A stretch of 62,898 nt of DNA, filler included, from Octopus bimaculoides (taxonomy: Eukaryota), in the NCBI RefSeq assembly GCF_001194135.2. It is 5 parts of 4 records of this genome, joined end to end, with 100 filler letters (N's around TTAATTAATTAA, not from the genome) between each part and the next. Parts side by side here need not be neighbours in the genome. Positions count along the whole stretch, not along the records: positions 1 to 17,247 come from NC_068997.1; positions 17,348 to 44,539 come from NC_068988.1; 3 more parts are not named here. One strand, 5' to 3'. Numbering within the stretch: the first letter of the stretch is position 1; every line of letters starts with the position of its first letter. Positions 13,717 to 23,982 of the stretch are shown piece by piece. The notes beneath the pieces are model-generated. The model was not told where the DNA came from. It searched no databases and saw only the letters and a list, made by a program, of their open reading frames with translations. The translations under genes were made by a program, and so were the position numbers.

Positions 13717-14357
13717 AGGCGGTGAACTTGTAAGATCATTAGCACGTCAGTTACAATGATTAGCGGCATTTAGTCCGTCTTTCAGTTCTAATTTCAAATC
13801 CCGCCGGGGTCAAATTTGCATTTAATCATTTCAAGGTCGATAAAATAAATGGCAGTTGAACACTGGGATCAATCGCATCGACTTAGTTACTATGCGAAAT
13901 TTTGAAACCATTATTAGGAAATCGAGAAGGTGGCGAGCTAGCAGAATGATTAGCACGTTGGATCAAATACTTAGTACAAGTTTTACACGTTTATGTTATG
14001 AGTTCAAATTCCGCAAAGGTCGACTTTACATTTTATCCTTTCGGAGTCGATTAAATAAGTACTAGCCAATCACCGGGTTCGATGCAATCGACTTTTCCTC
14101 TCCCCGCAAATTACAACTATTGTGACTCATCTAGAATGTCAGCGGCGAGTTGACAGTCATTGGCACACAGGAAAAAAATATTTAGCCTCATTTATCCGGC
14201 GTTCAGTTCTTGATTCCTTTATCACCGAGATTGACCCTTTCCATTTATCCTTTCAAGATTAATAAAATATGGTCGAGATGAGACCTGAGGCCGAAGTAAT
14301 CGACTAAGCCACCACCATCGAAAGAAAAAAATCCAGGCCTTGTGCGTAGAATGTAAA
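13717..14357 (+). mobile_element. three head-to-tail diverged SINE family A copies
   Basis: Heads at about 13717, 13928 and 14141, each followed by the central domain and a gtcgat..aatcgact tail. Confidence 0.75.
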
Positions 14358-14982
14358 TACTTAGCTGATCGAATGAGCGAGAACTGGAGATACAGCGAAA
14401 AGTCTATCCATGATGTAAAGAGACATAATATAATGAACGCTGAAGAATTGTTTCGAAGAAACTAGGCAACAAATGAGATATGAATGCATTTACATATTCA
14501 TATAAAAAATCAAAGGATAATGCAATGCATACTAACCTACATTTAAAAACGAAAGTGTATATGGTGTTAGAAACACGTTTTCATTGCAATGCTTATCCAA
14601 TACATATATTTGTTCTAAACATCCAGGATTGAGTTCAAACTTTTAGACAGACATAGTTCCATACATTTTGAGTAACATAAAGTTTTTCTTTCATAAGAAA
14701 AATTATATATTACTCAGAGGAGTTGAAACATATGTGGAATTTGTATCATTTTCGCCGCATGGACATCAGAGAAATATGACCTATATATTACGTATGATAC
14801 AGAGGACAGACAATGGGTTAAACTTACTGACACAGAAATTGTGTAAGGCAGCAATCTGTCAGTAAGTTTGTCTGCATGCACGTTATATTTATTATTATCT
14901 TTCTCTCCCTCTCTGACCTCTCCTCTCTCTCTCTTTACAAATGTGTATGATCTTTATAGATGTATATATACATATAGATAGA

Positions 14983-15225
14983 TACAGCGTGCGATGAACA
15001 AATTGTCGCCATTTTATACTTTTATATTTCGCGCATGTACTAAGTTTGTTTTTGATTTTGTCGATTACACAGTATAGTAGCATCCGTTGGGTACCGTCTG
15101 TGAGAAAAAAAACAGCACCATGACACAATTCACTCAGCCAGAAATTTGGAAACGACATGCTGTACTGCTTGGTGTTCGCACCGGAAGCTCCAGTACGAAT
15201 ATTTCAGAGTGTTTTGGTGTTAGTT
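14983..15225 (+). mobile_element. Tc1/mariner-superfamily 5' end (TIR plus N-terminal transposase start)
   Basis: TACAGCGTGCGATGAACAAATTGTCGCC resembles a TACAGGGTG-type TIR; ATG at 15120 opens MTQFTQPEIWKRHAVLLGVRTGSSSTNISECFGVS (HTH-like); breaks at a microsatellite. Confidence 0.5.
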
Positions 15226-15443
15226 GTATGCATAAATATACATTCATCAACATCATATATGTATATGTATGTATAAATATCCACGCATATGTATAGACGC
15301 GCGCACACACACACACCTACCCCCCCATATATATATATATATATATACATATATATGATGGACTCTTCCGTCGTTAGATGACGTATGAGGGTTAAGCAAT
15401 TTTTACCGGACAACCACACAAATGACTTGTTTATAGTGATATA

Positions 15444-15475
<32 letters not shown>

Positions 15476-16663
15476 CCCATGCATACACACACAAACACAC
15501 ACATATATAGTGTTGAAAGTAATAGGCTTATATGAATGAATGCATATAGATGTATAATATACATACACACGTGTGTATGTATGTATTTCTTTGTGGATGT
15601 AGGTGTTTTTATCTATGAATTTGTCTGCGTTCAACTATCACACACACATGCACGGAAAAATACTCCGGTCCCGATGACATACACATAATATCTAAGTCAT
15701 CAATGTATTACAGAATAATTTAAATGATTTGATTTTTAAACATGATTCATTAACATGGATAGTTAGGGACTGTTGTGTAAATGTTTGTGTAAGCATAATA
15801 TTAATAATGGTATTATTGATGATGATGATGATGATGATAACGATTTCTTTCGTAAATAATTATAATAATGGTGATTAAGATGCTAAAATCCACATTCATT
15901 CATTCATATCTCAATGATAGAGTTTATTTTAATATTTCATGAAATACAACAACAAAGCAACAACGGCAACAATAACAACAACAGTAATATCAATAATAAT
16001 AACTCTTAAAAAAGTGTAAAGAATTATAAGAATTCTCAAAATATAGATGCCAAAATAAATTAATAAAAAAACGCATTTGATAATGTAAACTTTACCAAAA
16101 AAAAATATTAATAAATACAACGAATAAAATAAGCATATTGCAAAAAATAACAACCATTTAAAAATACAAAAAATATTATTAAAAACTCGACGAAGAATAA
16201 CAACGGAAAATAGAAGAAAAATGAAATCTATTATAAATACATTTATTTTTATCAAGAGAATTAAGTTTTAACAACCATTCAAATATTATTTAAATATTAT
16301 TTCATAATTCTCACTTTTAAAATCAATATGTCAACTGGGATCGTATCTTCCAAGCAACTAGATCACAAGTTTTTGTTATTTTTATTCTCTTTAGGGCCAA
16401 AAATCCACAAATGTTAACGTCAACTAACGACCCGATCTCACTACCAAAGGGAATTCCACCCCCCTTTCTTTTTTTACATTATTTCTTTTGTTTATTTGTT
16501 TTCTACTCTTTAGAAATGAATACTTTAAGATAAACACAAGATGTTTCTTTTCTTAAATCGAGAAAAAAAAACAAAAAAAACAAAACAACAACAAATGTAT
16601 TCAAAGAATTTCTTGTTTTGATTTGTTATCCAATATTTTATTTATTTATTTATTCTTGCAATC

Positions 16664-16724
16664 CTCCTCCTCCTCATCATCATCATAATCATCATCATCA
16701 GCAGCAGCAGCAGCATCGACGTCG

Positions 16725-16780
<56 letters not shown>
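16664..16780. repeat. compound trinucleotide microsatellite (CCT/CAT/CAG/TAT)
   Basis: Direct reading. Confidence 0.9.
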
Positions 16781-17096
16781 TTACTATGTGATTAAAAATC
16801 ATTAACAATCATTAGGTTTTGAATGAATAAAATGAAATAAGATAAAATTGAATATAAATGAAAATAAATATATCACAGACACAAAAGTATATTAACGTTT
16901 AAACGTCTCTATATCTCCGTCGCCGCTATTTTTTCTTGCAATTTTCACTTTTACCCCAACCATATCACTTCAAATATACCCTTTGTCTACGACTGTCTCT
17001 GTTTTAATTCTGTCTGTCTTTTCTCTCCGAACACACACTCACACACACACACACAAACACACGCATGCATTCGTATACACACACACATACACACAC

Positions 17097-17158
<62 letters not shown>

Positions 17159-17291
17159 CATATATATGCTCATATGCATATGTATGCATATACATATGTA
17201 CACACATGCACACATATACGTATATTTTTAAATACTAGTTGTAGATTNNNNNNNNNNNNNNNNNNNNNNNNNNNNNNNNNNNNNNNNNNNN

Positions 17292-17303
17292 TTAATTAAT
17301 TAA
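17292..17303. other. scaffolding linker TTAATTAATTAA (assembly artefact)
   Basis: Six-frame-stop 12-mer flanked by 44 N on each side (100 bp total); the same 12-mer is embedded in N gaps at 44584, 58424 and 61442. Confidence 0.9.
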
Positions 17304-17356
17304 NNNNNNNNNNNNNNNNNNNNNNNNNNNNNNNNNNNNNNNNNNNNATATATACA

Positions 17357-17520
17357 TACGACGGGCTTCTTTCAGTTTCCGTCTACCAAATCCACTCACA
17401 AGGCTTTGCTCTGCCCGAGACTATAGTAGAAGACACTTGCCCAAGGTGCCACGCAGTGGGACTGAACCCGGAACCATGTAGTTGGTAAGCAAGCTTCTTA
17501 CCACACAGTCACTCCTACGC
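17357..17520 (-). mobile_element. SINE family B head, near consensus
   Basis: gggcttctttcagtttccgtctaccaaatccactcacaaggc..gacacttgcccaaggtgccacgcagtgggactgaacccggaaccatg. Confidence 0.9.
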
Positions 17521-18204
17521 CTTATGTTGATTATATAAGACTTACAAAATTTGGCGAAGGTAAGGCGCGTGCACACCACCTACTTCGGATTTTTGTGTTT
17601 TCGATATGGGAGAATACGATTTTGCCCACCCCCAAACACGTTTTCAAAATTTTAATTTCCCTCTTACCCACCCCAATTTCTTAATTTTTAACTATTTTTC
17701 GAATTTTTCTTAATCTACGTAGAAAAATACAAAGTTTACGAATCTGGGAATTTTTATTTTAATTTTTCTTTAAGAAATACTCAATGTCTTTTCTCCCACC
17801 TTGTCCACCCATCACCTCTCCACTTTAAAAAAACTAAAAACTCCGAATGTTTTACTTTCGTCTGATGTTTCACACATGCGTAGAATTCTACCGAAATTGC
17901 AGACGTAAAGAATATCAGACCACCACCAGAAAAGCTGATATGCTAGAAATGTTTTGGAAGGGAGTAGGGGAGGAGTTTCGGATCAGATGGCCCACATGAG
18001 TCGGAATTTCTCTGTTTTGACTGGGATTTTTCCGCAATTTTTTCTTTTCAGCACAGTCTTCGGAATGATGGGAAGCATCTGCCACTCCCTCACCATCCCA
18101 GTTTGGACCAATTTTTTTTTTATCACTACGCACTTAAAATCCACGAGAAACATTTTCGGTTTAAGAGAAAAAATAATAAAATGTTAATAATTTCAGAGGA
18201 AAAT

Positions 18205-18303
18205 GTGTGATTTAAAGAAAACCTGGCTGTTGTTTCTAGCACATCTCAAGACCTCCCTCCTCGTTTCTTTCTCATTCTCACATCTATTGATGTTTTTCAA
18301 AAA
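18205..18303 (+). mobile_element. partial copy of MITE-like repeat family E
   Basis: gtgtgatttaa..gctgttgtttctagcacatctca..tattgatgtttttcaa, homologous to 21253-21410 and to the minus copies at 19187 and 30336. Confidence 0.55.
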
Positions 18304-18614
18304 TTTTCTGCCCATAAACACATTTCATAGAATGATAGTGCCAAAGTAACACACGTGTAGTGGATTGCTTGATTGTAAAAATTTACCTTTTCTAACAAAA
18401 TTATGCTATCAGAATAAATTAGCTTTTACGTAATCTCTCATTAAAATCTCTCTGGATAAATCTCATCACTAATCATCTCAGGTTCTCCAATATTTTAGAA
18501 TTATATAAACCGAACCAATCAGCAACGCCACTATAGGTTACGTGGAAACGATGAGCGTGTTTTCAAGGGAGATAATTAAAGAATGTAACACTTCATGTAA
18601 AGTAGATATAACAA

Positions 18615-18815
18615 ATGAAAAATCCTTCAAGAATCCATAAAAAATCCTGGATCACTACCAAAATTTCATCATCTGTCCCTCGTGTCATTACCAACTTTTC
18701 CTGCAAGTTTCATCAAATACGGTTGACCACTTTTTGAGTTATTGTGCACACAGACTGACAGACGGACAAACCACCGCCGATAAAAACATAACCTCCTTCC
18801 TTGGCGGAGGTAACA
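18615..18815 (+). mobile_element. HINE/DINE-1-like non-autonomous Helentron-associated element end
   Basis: Core aagtttcatcaaat..tttttgagttat, (ACAG/ACGG)-type microsatellite at 18750-18770, then AAAAACATAACCTCC and the terminal hairpin ACCTCC-N9-GGAGGT. Confidence 0.6.
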
Positions 18816-19186
18816 ACGTAGATATTAGTTATAACAACCAAATTTTTAGCATTTATTTGGCGTCACTCACCACGATTTACTTTCATCAATTTCAGCATCT
18901 AGTGGTTGCCCATTGCTATCAACACCGCCGATTTCCATTGGGTTTTCAAGCCGCACGTCCCCTAGTTATTTCCCCTTTAATTTTTATTTACTTTTTTTTT
19001 AATCACCACATACTGAAGGATTACCCAACAAGTCTTTGCATACACTCAATCTACAGGATCTAATCGATTATTTGTTGAGAGTTCTTTCGGAATGCTATTT
19101 GTTGAAAGTTTCGTGGAAAAGTATCCATTTTTCTAGAAGTTATAAGGCAACGAGGTCGGGTGTGGGTATATATCTGTAGTTATGCC

Positions 19187-19355
19187 AAAATATGGACAGT
19201 CCGAAATGTTTGCTCTAATCCCAGCAATAGACCATTAAATATGTTTATAGGGAGGAAGATATTGAAAAACATGAATACATCAGACTGACAAGGAAACTAG
19301 GATGGTATCAAGTGGTCGTGAGATGTGCTAAAAATAACAGCTAAAACGCATTTAA
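19187..19355 (-). mobile_element. partial copy of MITE-like repeat family E
   Basis: aaaatatggacagtcc..tattgaaaaac..gtggtcgtgagatgtgctaaaaataacagcta; runs into an N gap. Confidence 0.6.
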
Positions 19356-19858
19356 NNNNNNNNNNNNNNNNNNNNNNNNNNNNNNNNNNNNNNNNNNNNN
19401 NNNNNNNNNNNNNNNNNNNNNNNNNNNNNNNNNNNNNNNNNNNNNNNNNNNNNNNNNNNNNNNNNNNNNNNNNNNNNNNNNNNNNNNNNNNNNNNNNNNN
19501 NNNNNNNNNNNNNNNNNNNNNNNNNNNNNNNNNNNNNNNNNNNNNNNNNNNNNNNNNNNNNNNNNNNNNNNNNNNNNNNNNNNNNNNNNNNNNNNNNNNN
19601 NNNNNNNNNNNNNNNNNNNNNNNNNNNNNNNNNNNNNNNNNNNNNNNNNNNNNNNNNNNNNNNNNNNNNNNNNNNNNNNNNNNNNNNNNNNNNNNNNNNN
19701 NNNNNNNNNNNNNNNNNNNNNNNNNNNNNNNNNNNNNNNNNNNNNNNNNNNNNNNNNNNNNNNNNNNNNNNNNNNNNNNNNNNNNNNNNNNNNNNNNNNN
19801 NNNNNNNNNNNNNNNNNNNNNNNNNNNNNNNNNNNNNNNNNNNNNNNNNNNNNNNNNN

Positions 19859-19909
19859 GGGGAGAGGCCTCGGAACATTCAGGATGTGAATGTTCCGAGG
19901 CTTCTCCCC
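19859..19909. other. GC-rich near-perfect inverted repeat (23-bp arms, 5-nt loop)
   Basis: ggggagaggcctcggaacattca-ggatg-tgaatgttccgaggcttctcccc; one G.T pair; abuts an N gap. Confidence 0.85.
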
Positions 19910-20069
19910 ACCCATCCGTTCGCGAGCGCGCGTTTTTTTCTTCATATTCGTTCGCAGCAAGTTGTTTTTACACCTATTAGAATATTTTATTATTTTTATT
20001 TCTCACCGGGTCAAAAACCCTTCCGTTTGATCAGAAAAATTTAATAGTCTTACTTTACGTTTTTCTCTC

Positions 20070-20120
20070 TCGCTTCCGCTTCCGCTTTTTTACTTCCTGT
20101 TTTCTTGTTCACTTCCGCCG
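20070..20120 (+). promoter_or_regulatory. candidate core promoter of the ZNF gene (clustered ETS-type GGAA cores)
   Basis: CTTCCG at 20073 and 20079, ACTTCCTGT at 20092, ACTTCCGCC at 20111, in a locally CpG-retaining stretch upstream of a good splice donor. Confidence 0.45.
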
Positions 20121-20280
20121 TTCATCACTTAGTCTCAACATTTAGTCCCAAATTATTTTCCTGAAACTTTAATTTCCCATTCCTCATTGCTTATATATAT
20201 ATCAACTAGCTGTACCTCTGTTTAATGAGAGAATGGTATTTATAGATATAAATCTTTCATTGAAACATAGCAACAAGGAG
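20090..20280 (+). other. putative non-coding first exon of the ZNF gene
   Basis: Ends at donor GAG|GTAAAT (20281); a second donor GGT|GTAAGA at 20704; start approximate. Confidence 0.35.
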
Positions 20281-20352
20281 GTAAATATTTTTGAACGAAT
20301 TTATTTTGCAAAATTAAGCATAAAATGTATATTATTGTCTGATTTTTAGCAG

Positions 20353-20446
20353 GGCGAAGGTAAATAATACGCGCACCACCCGTTTTAGGGTTAGGGGGTT
20401 AGGGTCACGCCGAAAACGGCTTATGTGCGTATTCTTTACCTCTGCC
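20353..20446. mobile_element. 94-bp MITE-like element with internal TTAGGG repeats
   Basis: Imperfect 21-bp TIRs (ggcgaaggtaaataatacgcg / tgcgtattctttacctctgcc, 17/21 matches) enclose ttagggttagggggttaggg; a similar left end occurs at 17553. Confidence 0.55.
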
Positions 20447-20929
20447 TTATCTTAATAATGTATAATCAGATATGTATAAACTACAAGAGAGATGATAGCA
20501 TTTATTATATGAAACTAATTTAACACTGATGAACACCAGTAATTCGAACTTTCTGTCATAAAATATTTATTTCACTGCTACTCATTTTGGTTTGGTGTTC
20601 GCCAATATTTTTTCAATATGGAACGACAGCTTCATATCTGAAAGACAACCCAGGACAAGATAGAATGATAAACAAGATCATACTTTCGAATAAAGGAAAC
20701 GGTGTAAGAATTGTTTCTTTTTTTGTATCGTTCTAAATACCTCGTATTAATTGTTTGGGCGCACGAAATATTTCTAAAGAAGTAATCTTAGTATCCAGGA
20801 GCCCTTGGCAGATAAGACGCCAAATTCAAACTTAACCATTGAATTCGAAAAGAAATTAAAGTTCGATTTTTAATACATATTATTTGATATTTTTCTAAGA
20901 AGAAAAATGGGCGGAATTCTGCTTGGAGT

Positions 20930-21580
20930 ACACCATATAACCCTTCATAACCTTTTGGTAAATTTTGATACTTTCACCCGCATGAAAAAAAAAAAAAAAA
21001 AGAAAACGATAATTCCGGGATAGTGTCCGCCCCCTCCCTTACCGAGCAAAAATAAGGAGTTTGCCGCACATTAGGAGGTCATGGTACTTGATTCTACGCA
21101 AAAAAATCCGAGTTTTTTTTTCTTATTGAAAATCTTGTGAGTAAAAGTATCAAAATTTAATTTTTGGAAAACTTTTGTGAATTTATGTTCTTCACTTAGG
21201 AAACCATGTCAGTATGTTTTTTTTTTTTTAAAAAACAAAAAATCATTTTGTGGTGTGTGATTTAAGGGTTATTTAGTTATTTTTTTTAGCACATCTCACA
21301 ACCACCTGATACCCTCCTCCTTTCTTTGTCACTCAGACGTATTGATATTTTTCAATATCTTTAATAATCGCTGCGATTTAAGCAAACAATTTGGACTGCC
21401 CATATTTTAAACTCTGTAAAAAAAATTCTAAAGATTTCAAATATTTTTTTTTTTTTAAATTCTAAAAATTCAAAATAATTTTTTTTCATTGTCGTATGAA
21501 TTCCTGTGCTTAAACACAAATATGCAAAAATTTTCTTAAAATTCCAAAAAATAAAAATAGCTATGAGGTGTTATAGGCAT
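20930..21580 (+). mobile_element. MITE family E copy with long TIRs, interrupted by a nested MITE
   Basis: Left end atataacccttcataacc..ggaaaacttttgtg..aggaaaccatg is the inverse of right end tatgaattcctgtg..aaaattttct..gctatgaggtgttatagg; internal part homologous to 30336-30540 (minus). Confidence 0.55.
20959..21160. mobile_element. nested MITE of about 200 bp
   Basis: TIRs aaattttgatactttcacccgca (20960) and tgtgagtaaaagtatcaaaattt (21136-21158), 20/23 matches, TA-like flanks. Confidence 0.6.
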
Positions 21581-22269
21581 GTTTAATGTAGAATTCCTTT
21601 GAAAAATGATGTCAAAGAAATGACAATCTGAATCTGTCATTTTCAAAAATATTCCAGAGTCAGAAATAATATTTTAGTAGTCATTTCACATAAGACTCCA
21701 TCTCCTGATATTTTTTTGAAGTGGCTCTCAATTTCAAATTCTCATTTCTCTTCCATGATTTGGATATTCTTTGGCAATAATTGTACAACAAAGATCTCAT
21801 AGATTTAGTTTCATTAGTTGCTGAAGTATAAAGATACTTTTAGATGATTGTATCTTTCAGTGGAAGATATAATTTAGTCCCAGTTTAGTCTTGATTCTAC
21901 CGATATGTTATCAAATAGGATCTATTGTTGGTTCTCAACCAGGGTCCATATAAGATTTTGGTAAAATCTATCTGCAATAAATCAGTTATTCTGCTACAAT
22001 ACAGAATATTTTAATAATTATTTTCATACAATTCCTTATAATAATTACATAAAAATATAACAAGATTTTTTTAAACTTCAAATGATTCAGAGGGTCAGAC
22101 TTAGTAAAATAGAAATCAAAAGTGTCCATAGGTAAAGAATGGTTGAGAAACACTGATCTAGATGTACACATCATGTTTTACAAAAAAATGTTTTGAGAAC
22201 TGCACTATACAATATGTTCTGTTTGGGAGATTTGTTTATTCTCTCCATTATTTAATCTACCAAGTAGGA

Positions 22270-23043
22270 GTCTTTCTCATTGGCAAGGACAACTGTGTGA
22301 AGTGTTGCACTCTAATGGTGGAGGAAACCTGTGGAATAGACAGACCCAAGAAGACATGGGACAAGGTGGTGAAGCATGATTGTTGACTATTGGGCCTCAT
22401 GGAGACAATGACTGAGACCTTTGGTGATGTGCCGTGCTTGAGAAGACCCGTCAAACCAACTGAGATCGTAGTCATGGCTAATGCCAGTGTTGCGTAAATG
22501 GCACATAAAAAGCACCCTTCAAACGTTGGGCAATATGTTGTGCTTGTGAAGACCCGTCGAGCTGAGTGAAATTGTAGTCATAGATGATGCCACTGCCATC
22601 TGACTGGCAAGCCAAATAAAATTTTATTTGTGGCTTCAAACATTGGGTGATATGCTGTGCTTGTGAAGACCTGTTGAGCTGAGTGAAATCATGGCTGATA
22701 CCAGTGCCGTCTGACTGGCACCCATGCCAGTGGCACAAAAAAGTGCCATTCAAGCTGTTGGGCTTCATGGAAGCAGTGGCAAGTGACTGAGACCTTTTGT
22801 GATATACTGTGCTTGTACAGACCTGTCAAGCCAAGTGAGATCATAGTTGTTGCCGGTGTCAGGTCACATAAAAAAACATCCACTACACTTTTGGAGTGGT
22901 TGGCGTTAAGAAGGGCATCCAGCTGTAGAAACCTTGTTAAATCAGATTGGAACCTGGTGCAGCTCCCTGGCTTATTAGTTTTCAGTCAAATCTTCCAGTC
23001 CATGCCAGCATGGACAACGGACATTAGATGATGATGATGATGA
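22270..23043 (+). mobile_element. RTE-clade LINE 3' end (ORF C-terminus, repetitive 3' UTR, (GAT)n tail), intronic
   Basis: CVKCCTLMVEETCGIDRPKKTWDKVVKHD matches the RTE GRPRKTW C-terminus; UTR gggcatccagctgtagaaac; tail gatgatgatgatgatg. Confidence 0.8.
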
Positions 23044-23638
23044 TAACTGTTGGATTTCATTACAAAAATTGAAATGTAATGTTACATGTTCAAAAGCAAA
23101 GAATTTGGTGATTGATGATCTCTTCCACTGATTACAGTAACCAGCTCTGGAAGATATCTAGATTTTGTACAGAAAAAAATATTTTTGATTACATAATATT
23201 ATATTTAATGTGCATAAGTTTTATACATCATTAGAATGCTAGTTTTTGTTTATATTTATTTGATTTCACATTACCATATATTTAATACTATTTTCTTTGA
23301 TATAACCTTACTAGATTATAGTTAATGTTGTCTTTAAACAACTGCACTTGACAAATGAATGATACCTATGATTCACTGTTCTTTAAATTTCTAGTTATCA
23401 ACTTAATGTCTATCTCACTAGATAGCCCAACTAGTGCTTCAGTTAATATCACATATTTCAATCACCATATACATACCATTCTGTCTTTTCTCCATGTACA
23501 TATTTCCTATGTTTGCTTGTACTTTTTTTGATTTAGTTTTTTTCATTCAATGTCTGTGGTCAAAGTTCTCTCTGATGACCAGTTTTGTCACAACATCAAA
23601 ATGTCTGTTATATCCTATACTCTCTTTCTATATTTCAG

Positions 23639-23714
23639 AGTATCTGATGTTATTGAGATGACATATTGAAGACTAAAGAATAACATTACCAAGGCTACAG
23701 GAGATTTTGTCTAT
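23639..23714 (+). other. putative 5' UTR exon of the ZNF gene
   Basis: Polypyrimidine acceptor ctctttctatatttcag| at 23638, donor CTAT|GTAACT at 23715, next acceptor tttctttacag| at 23847 (133-nt intron). Confidence 0.4.
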
Positions 23715-23982
23715 GTAACTTCATTTTTATCACTGTGAAATATTTCTAGTTAATTGCTAGAATTTTCTAATATTGACTGCATCTATATAACTTTATTTCT
23801 GTGACGGTGTCAAGATTAAATTCAAGACAAAAACAATTTCTTTACAGCTGAGACATTTTCAGAATTTCACACAAATCACATCTAAAGAAATTATAGACAA
23901 TATTGATAATATTTACAGAATTATTTCTCTGAAAATTCAAGAAGAACTGCAGTTTTCTATTTTATGAACAAAATTTTAAATT

